In this document: one piece after another, positions 48,552 to 58,155 of the stretch | How positions within the stretch are numbered: position 1 is the first letter of the stretch | Layout of the letters: each line of letters opens with the position of its first letter | Origin: Rhodobacterales bacterium | GTDB taxonomy: Bacteria; Pseudomonadota; Alphaproteobacteria; Rhodobacterales; CAZPXZ01 | Direction: 5' to 3' | Assembly: GCA_965219495.1 (NCBI GenBank) | Contig: OZ244777.1 | Coordinates: 302,940 to 366,939, forward strand | DNA: 64,000 nt | The notes under the pieces: model-generated | What the model was told of the DNA's origin: nothing | Databases searched by the model: none | The model's input: the letters and a program-made list of their open reading frames with translations, nothing else | Translations under genes and position numbers: made by a program

Positions 48552-48810
48552 GTCCTTGTGCTCCTTATCCTTGCCAATACGGGCCTCGAACCCAAGCATC
48601 CGTTCCGGACGCTGAGGACGGAACAGGAGGGACGACCCAACTCCCGAACGGATCTCTATCCTGGGAGGTATACGGTCCGACCCCTCCCGGCGGGGAAAGG
48701 TCGACCTTTCCCCGCATCCACGCCTTCCCACAAGATGCGGAAAGGCTGCGATCCAATCGCACGCCGCCGCCAAACCGGCAAAGTTCGGCGGGCGGGCGAA
48801 GAGTTATCAA
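48552..48810 (-). ncRNA. Structured 5' leader of the IS110 remnant (candidate bridge-RNA-type noncoding region)
   Basis: Perfect 26-nt palindrome GCGGGGAAAGGUCGACCUUUCCCCGC (48690-48715), plus GGGAGG...CCUCCC and CCGUUC...GGAACGG stems upstream of the recombinase start. Confidence 0.3.
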
Positions 48811-48879
48811 CAATTTTTACACAAAAGAAAAATGTGGATAACGGCCCTCAAATTGGACCTGTCCGACATACAAGGACGT

Positions 48880-49912
48880 CTTGCCATCGTTCTGGCGAGA
48901 TGAACGACCCGATTGGCGCGCGACAGGATCCGGTGCATATGCCGAGCCCAGTCCTCTTTTTCGATGTCGATCAGGGCTTGAAGTTCGCGCAGGTGATGGG
49001 CGTTGCAGAGCGCGTGCAGGACGCCCTTGATCTTGAAACAGGGCTTCCAATGATCGTGGACGACACAACCGGCGAACCCCGGCAGCAAGTCGCCGCGCTT
49101 TTCGTGGACGCGAAACAAGGTCAGCCAAGGCGTGCAGGCAATGTGGAGCCACTGCGTGCGCCCGCCAACCCGGAAGCCGGTCTCGTCGAGATGCTTCACC
49201 GGCGCCTTGCGGACGATCAGGTCCCGCAGATGGTCGACGAGACCCTGCAACCGCTCGGCCATCCGGCGGCTCATCGCCGCCACCGCCGCCATGCGCGGAC
49301 CATACTGCACCGGCGCCGTCACGCCTGCGGGAAACGCCGCCGTGTCGTCGTGCCGCAATGACCGCAAATGCAACGGTGAGCGCGGTGTTCCGTGGCCTCG
49401 AGGGAGCGCGGCTCCGGCAGGTCGAAGACCTGTCTTGCGACATGGCTTCCATCCCCGTCCGCGGCCGACAGTAGCGCGCCGCAGCCCGCACAGTGCGACG
49501 GATGATGATCCTCGACATGGTCTGGCGTGTCGGTCCGGCGCAAGGTCGAACCCGCGTGCCCGGGCTGCCCGCTGCTCGGCCTGCCCGATTTGCCGCGCTG
49601 GCTCCTTGTCCGGGGCTCCGCCCGCGGCTTCTGCAGCCCGTCGCTCGAAGGAGGCTTGCTGCTGTTCCTGCTGTTCCGGCCAAGCTGGCGCTCCAGCTCT
49701 TCAAGACGTTGCCGCAGGGTCGCGTTCTCGGCTTGCAAACCGGCGAGCTGCTCGCCTTGCGCCGCGAGTTGCTCGTCCTTTTGTGCGAGTTGCTCCCGCA
49801 AAGCCTCAATCTGTTTCGTTCCGCCATCATCATGCGGCGGCGCCCCTTGCGCCAGGTGGGTCGGCGCTGAAAGAGCCCGCAAGAACGGTCGGGGCTGAAA
49901 GCGAATCGCCAT
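48880..49912 (-). pseudogene. IS66-family transposase (TnpC type), frameshifted and 3' truncated
   Basis: N-terminal leucine zipper plus CxxC zinc-finger region (ORF 49319..49912). Then FPAGVTAPVQYGP...HLDETGFRV...HALCNAHHLREL in another frame (48807..49373). Confidence 0.8.
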
Positions 49913-50387
49913 GCCGCTATGAATAGCGCAGGTTGAATTGGGTTACCAGTGCCTGGTGTTATCAGCAACTTTTCGAGAGAGAACTTTGCTCGCCCGTGAA
50001 ACCCTCACAACCGGGCAGCATCGACTTTGCGGCAGTGGCGGGCAATGCGCTCCGTGGTGCACGCACTTACCTGAGCAGTTACCAATATCCTTGAATTGGT
50101 GCTTCGGCGCCTCTATACTCCGTTGTACTGGAAACAAGGCTGAAAGTGCCGGCTCCGGTGATACGTCTTGCAGCGGGTATTGGCCCGTTCACGGGTGGGC
50201 AATGGCGGGAAACCGCTTCTCGTGGCGCCGGCAAGGGGAAGGCCAAGGATTGGGGTTGCCCCGCCTCGGCGTGGAACAGTGTCGGGAGCCCATTGTGACT
50301 CTCGTATATAAGTCCCCTTATTTGTGTATGTACAGTGCAGTCTTGTTCGCTTTCATCCTTATGTGCAATTACTTGTGGACCGATATC

Positions 50388-50477
50388 TGGCGGAGGGGGT
50401 GGGATTCGAACCCACGGTACCCACAAGGGTACAACGGTTTTCGAGACCGCCCCGTTCGACCACTCCGGCACCCCTCC
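50388..50477 (-). tRNA. tRNA-Ser(CGA), 90 nt with encoded CCA
   Basis: GGAGGGG acceptor, anticodon loop CUCGAAA, long variable arm GUACCC/GGGUAC, T arm GUGGG-UUCGAAU-CCCAC, CCCCUCC-G-CCA. Confidence 0.9.
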
Positions 50478-50570
50478 AAGTTAAATCCGGCAAGTCCGAG
50501 GGAACATTAGTATCCACGGAATACACTAGCAAACCTTGGTTAAGGCACGCTCTCTGAATTGCTACACAAT

Positions 50571-50637
50571 CGCACAGGATTTGGACAGAAATCGCAAAAC
50601 ACTTGGACAGGATTCGCAAAACATTTGAACGGGATTC
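50571..50637. repeat. Three tandem about 22-nt repeats (CGCAAAACACTTGGACAGGATT type) in a second IS21-like left end
   Basis: Units at 50571-50592, 50594-50615 and 50616-50637. They are inverted relative to the 48232-48287 array. Confidence 0.75.
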
Positions 50638-50808
50638 GGATGGCGCCTGATCGGGCGCCGGTTGGATTCGTTCCGGGAGTTTTACGTCGTTGACGGCGTT
50701 GAGGGGGGGGGAGCGGCGTGGTGTCCGATTTGCCCCTGGAATGCCGGTTCTCCGGTTCGGGCGGGTAATCTTCTTTCCATATTGAAGATTGGAAAGGAGG
50801 GCTCCACG

Positions 50809-51200
50809 ATGAGGAGAACCGGCATGGAAAACATACGCCAGGTGCTTTTGCTCCGCCATGATGCGGGGTTGTCTTACCGGATGATTGGGGCGGCTCTTGG
50901 GGTGAGCCGCGGGACGATTTCGAATGTCTTGACGGCGGCTTCGGAAGGCGCTGTTTCCGCGGCCTGCGGAGCGGGCGCCGTCGAAGTGGCTTCGGCTGGA
51001 CGTGGAGGGAGCGGTTGCGGCTCTGTCGCCGCCGGAGGGACGGCGTTCGCCGCGGATGACGCGGTGGCTGGTTTGGGAGGGCTACTGCGCGGAAGCGGCG
51101 GAGGCGGGACTGGCGGCGTACAGCTACGGCCATTTCTGCAAGGCGCTGGCGAAGGCGAAGAAGGGCACGGGGCGTTTGGAGATGCGCTTCACCTATGCTC
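50809..51200 (+). pseudogene. IS21-family istA, N-terminal part, frameshifted and truncated
   Basis: MRRTGMENIRQVLLLRHDAGLSYRMIGAALGVSRGTISNVL. Then in another frame LVWEGYCAEAAEAGLAAYSYGHFCKAL. Confidence 0.7.
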
Positions 51201-51425
51201 CAAGACAAAACTGTTCTCAGGGGATACCGAGGATTCCCGGTTCGGATTTGGTTCTCGGGCGTCTGGCCTGGGGAATTTCGGATGCGGGATCGGAATTTTC
51301 GGATGCGGGGCGCTTGCGGACGGCGCCCGGCGGGAGATTTTCCGGGAGGGTGCGACGTTCGGCCATGGCGAAGGGCTCCCGCCTTGGACGGGAGCGGCGG
51401 CGCCCGGCTTGCCGGGCGGGTTGGA

Positions 51426-51880
51426 TCAGGCGGCGGGCGCGCCGGCCGGTTCGGGGGTCGGCAGGCTGTTGCGGGCCAACTTGAGGAAGTCGAGGACGGC
51501 GCGGATATTGCGGTTCAGCCGTCGCAGGGTGGGCGCGACCTCGAGGCCGCGGGCCTTGATGGGGCCGATGGCGAAGCGCCGCAGGCGGGTGGTGTTTTCC
51601 GGGCCATAGCCGGTGCGGCTACGGCTGCGATCTTCGTCCCAACTCCAATCGAGGCAGAAATGAGCCGCGTTTTCGATATACCAGTGGCCGCGGTTCCAGT
51701 GCAAGATCTGCGCCGCGCTGGCGGAATCCGGCGCATGACTGATGACGCCGTAGGCGATCTCGGTGCTGGCCTTGCCGGTTCTCTTGTCGGTGCGGAGGCG
51801 GCGGATCATGAAGGCTTGGCCGACGCGAGGGAAGGAGAGGAAGCCGTTCAGCTCGGCAGTCGTCCAGATAGCGCGCCGGC
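51426..51880 (-). pseudogene. ISAs1-family transposase, C-terminal fragment
   Basis: FPRVGQAFMIRR...STEIAYGVIS...RGHWYIENAAHFCLDWSWDEDRSR matches the ISAs1/H-repeat C-terminal region. Confidence 0.7.
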
Positions 51881-52402
51881 TCGACAAGGCGGGCATTGCC
51901 GATGAGCTGGCGGACAACGCCTTTCTTTCGATTGCCGATTTCGACGCAGCGCAGCGGCTGGCCGACGGTTTCGACGCCCGCCGGCTTCGCCGCCGGCTGC
52001 AGCGCCAGTTCCGTTCCGGCTATCACTGGAGCATACTGCAAGCCGAATACGCCACCGACGCGCGGTTCCGCCGGCAAGCCGAGTTCCAGCCGCTCTACGA
52101 TGAGATCGTCCGCACCGTCCTGCACAGCGTCAAGGCGGAACATGTCGCCACCTTCCTCGGCCGCAATCTGACCGCCGCCGATCAGGGGGAAATCGGCAAC
52201 GACTTCAGTACCCGCATCGCAGGAACTCGCATCCGCCACCCGATGGGGCCGTCCTCCATCAAGCTCTACGACAAGTTCGGGTTGAGGGCCGGCGTCGAAT
52301 GCACCCCCAACGATGTCTCGTTGTTCCGACTCCGCCGCACGGTGGAACAGCGCGACGGAAACCAAGTGTGGAAACTCGCCCCGTTGCGCAAGAACATCTA
52401 CA
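51860..52402 (+). pseudogene. Conserved hypothetical (IS-associated, winged-helix C-terminus) gene, 5' piece; N-terminus cut and body split by IS1634
   Basis: The reading frame ...APLRKNIY stops at the IS boundary and resumes as SLRDLGKLMRAANDRY at 54510. Confidence 0.6.
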
Positions 52403-54505
52403 CCCATCTTCACCATTTTGCCTTTCTCCGGAACGCTAACCGACTGCAACACAAGGCGCCGCGATTTTGTCGCGGGTCCTGTTGGCACTACGTTTGTGGC
52501 TCAGTTCGGCTTGTCCGGCATCCGCGCACAGCGCCGCCAGGCCTCCGGCTGCAGGCCAAGGGCGACGGCGATAGCGCGGGCTTCGGCGCCGGGCCGGGCA
52601 TCCTGGCGGATCACGATGCGGCCGCCTTCGGCGCTCTGCAACGTCGAGGTGATCCGCACCCAGCCGGCCAGCTTGTTGCGGATCGTCCACCAGCTGTCCC
52701 GAATGCCGTGCGCCGCCAGCCGGGCGCGCAGCAGGTGGACGGCGTGGTAGGCCAGCACCGCGATAAACAGATGCGCCGAGATCTGCGCGGACTTGCTGTG
52801 CCAGATCGGACGCAATCCCATCTCCGACTTCAAACTCCGGAATGTGGCTTCCAGGTCGGTTAATCTCCAGTATTGCCGGACCACGGTCTCCAGGTCCCAG
52901 TCGGCATGGCTGGTGCGCAGCGCATAGCTTCCGGCGCCGGCGTCGTGCAGCGCGTGCCGGTCATTGCGGTTCCAGCGGATGGCGGCCGCCAAGCCCTTCG
53001 CCCCGGGCTGCACCTCGATATCGTACTGCCGGTGCACCCGCCGGTAGCGTTCCCGCAACCGGCCGAGGCGCTGCAGCACCTTGTCCAGCCGCTTGGTGTG
53101 GTTCTTCTTCCCGAGCCCGTCGTGCAGCGCCCCCAGGGCGGCCTCGAACCGCGCCCGGTGGCGGGCGAGAAAGGCGTCGTCCTTGCGCTGGTGTTCCTCG
53201 CTCCACACGCAAAGATGCGCCTCGCCGTCCTCCGCCACCAGCCGCCAGGCCTTCGCCTGGCGCCCCGCCCGGGTCTTGAAGGCGGCGTCGGCCTCGCGTT
53301 GCGGCGGCGGCCCGCCGCCGCGCCGGACCGTGATCCAGGGATAGCCGCACTGCCGCAGCCAGGCGAGATTCGCCTCGGTGGCGATGCCGGCGTCCATGAT
53401 GATGGTCGGCTTGTCCGAATCCGACGATGCCGGCTGCCCTTCCAGCCTGCGGATGGCGTCCGCCAGCACCCGCGGTTCGGACACATTGCCGGCCAGCACT
53501 TCGCTGTGCCGGGGAAACCCGTCCGCATCCAGCGACAGCGCCAGCGTCGCCAGCGGGCAGTCGTTGCGGTGCTGTTTCGAGCGTCCGAAACGGGCCAGCG
53601 GGGAAGCCGGCCGGCCAGTAAAGTGCACGTTCGTCAAGTCGAAAAACACCACCGTCCCGGAAAGCCCCAGCAAGTCCCGCTCCCGCCCAAACAGCGCTGC
53701 CTCGATGCCATCGCGGCGCGCCCACAGCATCGCGCAGATCCGGTGCAGCTTGTTCAACCCGAACGGCTTGCCGCCTTCCAGGCCCAGCAACTCCAGCGCC
53801 GCGCTCTGCTCCCGCAGCCAGCGGAACGCCTCCCGCTCGCTGCAAGGATGGATCATTCGCGCCAGCACCAGCGCCACCGCGATCCGCGCGTCCCGCTCGC
53901 TCATGCCAAGGCCCCGCAGCACCTCCAGGAAGCCGAGCTGCTCCAGTGCCGACAGCGACAGGCGCTCGCAGCCCGAAGAGCGCACCTGCTCGTGCGCAAG
54001 ACTGTCCAGGCGCACCGCCGCCACCGCGCCGGATTCCCCCGCCGTCGGATCAAGGCTGCGAAGCTGCAGCCGCCGGCCAATCCCCTCGGCTTCCGCCAAT
54101 AGTTCTGGATCCGGCTCGAACAGGAACGTATCCCTGGCCAGCACCTGCTTCCCCAGCAACGTCAACTCCCGCCACCGTTCCGGGGGAACCCCGAAGTCGG
54201 CGCCGAGATTGAGCAGCGTTACCTGCCGCACCCGGTCTCCGATCCGTTCGTTGCGAACCAGGCGGCAGGTGGTATAGCGGGCGCCATCGGCCATGCGGCG
54301 GGTCTGGGTCCTGCGAATGAACATGGCGGGATTTTGCCGGGGCGGCGCGGGCCTGTCAAGGCGGAATCTGACATATTGTGACGATTATGGCACTACTTCG
54401 GCCTTCCCGGAAATCGCATCGTTACGCTGCAACGACTTATGCTCGGCAAGACCGCCGGAATCGCCGAATTCCGGCCAAATGGAACGGCGAAATGGTGAAC
54501 TTGGG
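52403..54505 (-). mobile_element. Complete IS1634-family insertion sequence (2103 bp) with imperfect 20-bp TIRs and a TACA target duplication
   Basis: CCCATCTTCACCATTTTGCC (52403-52422) versus the reverse complement of 54486-54505, CCCAAGTTCACCATTTCGCC (17/20). TACA at 52399-52402 and 54506-54509. Removal restores the host ORF. Confidence 0.85.
52501..54324 (-). CDS. IS1634-family (IS4-related) DDE transposase
   Basis: 607 aa. VVFFDLTNVHFTG, GRSKQHRNDCPL, IIMDAGIATEANL, YWRLTDLEATFRSLKSEMGLRPIWH. Confidence 0.88.
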   Translation of the reverse strand: MFIRRTQTRRMADGARYTTCRLVRNERIGDRVRQVTLLNLGADFGVPPERWRELTLLGKQVLARDTFLFEPDPELLAEAEGIGRRLQLRSLDPTAGESGAVAAVRLDSLAHEQVRSSGCERLSLSALEQLGFLEVLRGLGMSERDARIAVALVLARMIHPCSEREAFRWLREQSAALELLGLEGGKPFGLNKLHRICAMLWARRDGIEAALFGRERDLLGLSGTVVFFDLTNVHFTGRPASPLARFGRSKQHRNDCPLATLALSLDADGFPRHSEVLAGNVSEPRVLADAIRRLEGQPASSDSDKPTIIMDAGIATEANLAWLRQCGYPWITVRRGGGPPPQREADAAFKTRAGRQAKAWRLVAEDGEAHLCVWSEEHQRKDDAFLARHRARFEAALGALHDGLGKKNHTKRLDKVLQRLGRLRERYRRVHRQYDIEVQPGAKGLAAAIRWNRNDRHALHDAGAGSYALRTSHADWDLETVVRQYWRLTDLEATFRSLKSEMGLRPIWHSKSAQISAHLFIAVLAYHAVHLLRARLAAHGIRDSWWTIRNKLAGWVRITSTLQSAEGGRIVIRQDARPGAEARAIAVALGLQPEAWRRCARMPDKPN

Positions 54506-54940
54506 TACAGCCTACGCGACCTCGGCAAGCTGATGCGGGCCGCCAATGACCGCTATTTCGGCTTCATCGCCGCCATCGAGAGCCCCGATGCCGGCTGCAA
54601 GGCCATCGACCGCATCGCCCAGCCCGCCAGCGACAACGGACGCTCGAGCCGCGGCTTCAACCTGCTGATGGACGCCGACTACCGCCTGTTCCTCACCCTG
54701 GCGCGCGGCGAGGGGTGCACCAGCGGCTTCCGCTCCGCAGACCTCCGAAACCGCCTGCCGGGACTGATGCCGTCACGCGCTTCCTACCTGCTCAAACGCT
54801 TGCGCTCCCACGGACTCATCAAGAAGGTGGGCCATCGCCATAAGTACTACCTCACCAAGCTGGGAAAACCTGTGCTTGCCGCCGTCCCCAGAATCCGCGA
54901 AACCGTTGTCCTGCCCGAACTTTCCCGGAGACCCGCATGA
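54506..54940 (+). pseudogene. 3' piece of the gene split by IS1634 (winged-helix C-terminus)
   Basis: SLRDLGKLMRAANDRYFGF...LLKRLRSHGLIKKVGHRHKYYLTKLGK. Confidence 0.6.
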
Positions 54941-54995
54941 AATCTTCGTCATTTTGCACAAGAATTGCCGGGTAAGGGACTAATAACAGCCTGAT

Positions 54996-55035
54996 CCCGC
55001 GATTCATTCACCCAATTAGCTGAGTGAATCGCGGG
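54996..55035 (-). terminator. Strong hairpin immediately after the last pilus gene (candidate intrinsic terminator, weak U-tract)
   Basis: CCCGCGATTCA(T)TCA ... TGA(G)TGAATCGCGGG, 14 of 15 positions paired. It ends (3' on the plus strand) 1 nt from the pilV-like stop codon (55036-55038). Confidence 0.5.
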
Positions 55036-55905
55036 TTATTCGCAGGTCGTGAACACCGCCATTCGACCGTGAACCGCGTCCAATTCGACTCGCATATCCG
55101 TTCCCGGTTGGCTAGGATTTTCGCGAAACAACTGCAAACGCAGTAGCCAACCTGATTTATCTGGCGTTTCCTCCGCATAGGCTTGGAGTCCCAAAACGGG
55201 GTATCCAGCGCCGTTATCGGAAAATTGCACAGGGAGGGCGAAAATCTGGGGTAATCTTGTTCCGCAGTACGGCTTCCGCACAATTTCTCCAGAGGAAAGC
55301 ACTCCTACGGCCCTTAGTTCCGAAAGTTGACGGTAGTCGGACTGCATTGTGGAAACCAGTGCCACCAGATGCCCCGGTTCGGCCCGGTGGTCCGGCAACA
55401 CCGACCCACCCTGAAAATCGGAGAGATTCACCCGCCAAAGCCCACTCGCTCCCCACGCCTGGTCGACGCGGTCTTTGTGAACCAACCCGGTGCGAAACCC
55501 GGCACTGAGCGCCAGCCTCACGTTCTCGCGCTCGGTCATGGTTTCGCCTCCATATGTGACTGCAAGCCCCTCAACTTGCCGGGGGTCGACACGATTGCGA
55601 ATGAGAAGAAGCGCATGCTTCTGGTCGAAGGTGTTTCTGTCTTCGAACGCTGCGGGAAGCGCACCCGCATTCTTGAGTGCGGAAACATCAATGGATTTCG
55701 GCCCCGGAACCAGAACAAACTCCTCCACGAGCTTCACTCGATCGCTTTCGATAAAGCGTTGGGCTGCATTCACAAATACCGCGAACTGTTGGGCGCTTCG
55801 GTCGTCAAACTGTTGATTCTGGAGGTTTGCGATTTTCGGAACGTAGAACGACGTAGCGGTCGCGGTAATCAGGCTGGCGAGCAGGAGGCCGACGAGCGGG
55901 TTCAT
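55036..55905 (-). CDS. pilV: PilV-like type IVb minor pilin/adhesin
   Basis: MNPLVG + hydrophobic LLLASLITATATSF, then QQFAVFVNAAQRFIESD as in PilV-type N-termini. Last gene of the operon. Confidence 0.55.
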   Translation of the reverse strand: MNPLVGLLLASLITATATSFYVPKIANLQNQQFDDRSAQQFAVFVNAAQRFIESDRVKLVEEFVLVPGPKSIDVSALKNAGALPAAFEDRNTFDQKHALLLIRNRVDPRQVEGLAVTYGGETMTERENVRLALSAGFRTGLVHKDRVDQAWGASGLWRVNLSDFQGGSVLPDHRAEPGHLVALVSTMQSDYRQLSELRAVGVLSSGEIVRKPYCGTRLPQIFALPVQFSDNGAGYPVLGLQAYAEETPDKSGWLLRLQLFRENPSQPGTDMRVELDAVHGRMAVFTTCE

Positions 55906-55908
55906 GGC

Positions 55909-56352
55909 TCAATTCAGCCTGGTTGCCATCCAGAGCGCGGGGGAGTTCATCACGCATCCGGCAGGCAAGTTTGCGGCGAGGGTCTCGTCAGGCGCTTCGC
56001 CAGCGGCAACCCATCCAATTGCCGTTCTTAAAGAAACGTGCCGGCGGATTTCGGAAACGAGAACAGCGATATCAGTTGCCGGGAGATTTACAAACGCCGT
56101 AACCACCGAATTTCCGTCCGAGCAGTGGCTAGTTCTGGTTGTCGCCACGTATCTGGAATTCGAAGACAAGTGCTGGACGGAAAACTGGTGGCGGGCGATA
56201 TCGACTGCTTCCCGGTGCCCGAGCGCGATGGTCTTAGCGCTATGTGTCAACCAGTTGAATTCGCCCAATTGGAACGGAGTCTTGCTCTCGACAGCATCCA
56301 GCGAAGCAACTAAATGACTAAATCCAAGGATCAGTAGAACGAGTCCAATCAT
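55909..56352 (-). CDS. Small membrane-anchored protein of the pilus operon (possibly PilM-like)
   Basis: 147 aa with N-terminal hydrophobic MIGLVLLILGF. Size and position are compatible with PilM of R64/PFGI-1-type clusters. No diagnostic motif. Confidence 0.35.
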   Translation of the reverse strand: MIGLVLLILGFSHLVASLDAVESKTPFQLGEFNWLTHSAKTIALGHREAVDIARHQFSVQHLSSNSRYVATTRTSHCSDGNSVVTAFVNLPATDIAVLVSEIRRHVSLRTAIGWVAAGEAPDETLAANLPAGCVMNSPALWMATRLN

Positions 56353-56361
56353 CTTCTCCCC

Positions 56362-56880
56362 CTATCGCGCTTCGACCCGGATCGCATTCTCGGTGTTGGC
56401 GCAAGCGCTCGCGGCTGTCGAAAACGGAATTGGAAATGCCCGTTTCGCTGCCGAAGACAACCCGGCGAATCCGGATGCGACACGCGCACCGATCACTCGG
56501 GCATCGGGGCGCAACCGGGATAGCGACTGGATGCAAACCTCCTGTGGCACTTGCGAGAAATCGACTGCGAAAGTGTCGTTGGCAATTCCGGTAACTTGTA
56601 TATCTCCGCCAAACGCATTCTCGAGCGTGTTGGAGCCTGAGATGGTGGTGGCGGGAGCGATTCCGGAGAGAATAAGAACCCGATCCGTTATGATCCCGGT
56701 ACCGTACTTGTTGGGATGACCGCGATGTGTCTTTCGAACCTCCGTGACGATGGTCATGATCTCGCTATTGAGCCGCTCGACCTGAGACTCTGTTTCCGCA
56801 TCGGAGAATACTGAAAATACAAGAAGGACACCGGTCAATCCGACCAATGAATAAAGGGCATAACCCACTAGGTCCCGCAT
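56362..56880 (-). CDS. pilS: PilS-like type IVb major pilin
   Basis: ORF 56362..57024. Preferred start is ATG 56880 (AAGGGA upstream), giving MRDLVG + YALYSLVGLTGVLLVFSVF. About 170 aa, located after the platform gene. Confidence 0.55.
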   Translation of the reverse strand: MRDLVGYALYSLVGLTGVLLVFSVFSDAETESQVERLNSEIMTIVTEVRKTHRGHPNKYGTGIITDRVLILSGIAPATTISGSNTLENAFGGDIQVTGIANDTFAVDFSQVPQEVCIQSLSRLRPDARVIGARVASGFAGLSSAAKRAFPIPFSTAASACANTENAIRVEAR

Positions 56881-57042
56881 TCCTGATTCCCTTTCGTCTG
56901 GTTGTTTGGGTGATTGGCTGGCGGATCCGCTGAACGGCGCGCCGGTTTTCGAACAGCGAGTGGGGGCTCGCCATACTTGGTGGGTCAGGACCGCTCGGGA
57001 ATATTCCCTGGTCTTCCAGCACACTGCTCAAGCCGTACGGGT

Positions 57043-58155
57043 TCACGGGAGTTGGTCGTGCGCCAGCCGGAATGAGGCGGAAATGTCGTTCGTGGCGATC
57101 AGGATCCAGACTATCACCGCAGCCAGAATGAAGCTGGCCAGCCAACTTCCAATCTCGGCGAGACGCTGGCACCGCTGGATGCTGCGCCGAATCAGGCGTG
57201 CTCCGGCTCTGGCATATGCAGCAACAGGATCGGGATGCTCTGCCGCGAAAGCCGACTCAATGGCGGATTCCATATCCGGCCAGTTATCCGGTTGCCGGTG
57301 AATTCGGGTGCCAAAAACCGCCTCAATTCTCTCCAGCCGTCGAATCCGTTCCGCGAGATAGGGAGTGGCGTGGCTGCGCAGCAACGTGAATATCTCGCGC
57401 TCGCTGAGACCCGCGCTGAATAGGGCCGCCGCCGCGCAGAGAAAGGTGCCGCCGGAGATGTGCCGGTATGTCAGGTACGGTTCGAAGGCATCGAGGCGGT
57501 CGCGAAGAGGACCGGTGAATCTCGGAAGGGAAAAAGTCATCCCTACCGCGATTCCCGCACTTGTCAGCGCAATGACCGGCCAGCCGTCGCGGAAGAAAAG
57601 TGCGCTGTATACCAGGGAGCGGGCGCTTCCGCGCAGTTGGCCCAACTCTACAAAGCCGGACACGGCGGGAACAAACTGATATGCAAGAAATACTTCGGTT
57701 CCGGCGATGATGGCGATGAGAATCAGGATGTTCGCCGCCAGTCCCATCAGTGCCCGGCGAAGTTCGATGCTGTTGTCGAGGTGTTCGACAATATCCCGAT
57801 ACAGTTCCGGTGACGCCCCGGTGGCGGCTCCCGCCACCAAGAGCGGTTGCTCGATCTTGCCCGCCCAGAGCATGGCGACTTCGGGAAGCGTCCGCCCCTC
57901 CTGCTCAAGAGCGTGGAGAGCATCTTCGCAGAAGAGCGCCGCAGGATGCAGCCGGTTCGTGGAACCGTTCCGGGTCCGCAAGCGCCAGATCATGGCGAGC
58001 ATTTCCGGCTCTCGCATCCCGCTGCTTCCCAAATGATGGAACTGCTCGAAGAGCTTGCGGCGCACGCGGATGGGACAGAACTGCTGCGCCACTCGGTAAA
58101 CCGCAGGCGAGAACCGTCGGCGTTTCGCCATTCTGTGTTCTGAGACCGTGTTCAA
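57043..58155 (-). CDS. pilR: PilR-like inner-membrane platform protein (GspF/PilC family)
   Basis: 370 aa with the duplicated GspF-type cytoplasmic/TM arrangement. Immediately follows the ATPase gene, with overlapping stop/start. Confidence 0.75.
   Translation of the reverse strand: MNTVSEHRMAKRRRFSPAVYRVAQQFCPIRVRRKLFEQFHHLGSSGMREPEMLAMIWRLRTRNGSTNRLHPAALFCEDALHALEQEGRTLPEVAMLWAGKIEQPLLVAGAATGASPELYRDIVEHLDNSIELRRALMGLAANILILIAIIAGTEVFLAYQFVPAVSGFVELGQLRGSARSLVYSALFFRDGWPVIALTSAGIAVGMTFSLPRFTGPLRDRLDAFEPYLTYRHISGGTFLCAAAALFSAGLSEREIFTLLRSHATPYLAERIRRLERIEAVFGTRIHRQPDNWPDMESAIESAFAAEHPDPVAAYARAGARLIRRSIQRCQRLAEIGSWLASFILAAVIVWILIATNDISASFRLAHDQLP

Noticed and set aside
50079-50471. A 130-aa ORF starting MPEWSNGAVSKTVVP.
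   Set aside because: That peptide is the translation of the tRNA-Ser gene itself, and the remainder is non-coding flank.
55036-55905. A shufflon (invertible pilV C-terminal segments), as in R64.
   Set aside because: There is no Rci-type recombinase, no alternative pilV C-terminal cassettes and no sfx-like inverted repeats downstream. The gene is followed directly by a hairpin and IS debris.
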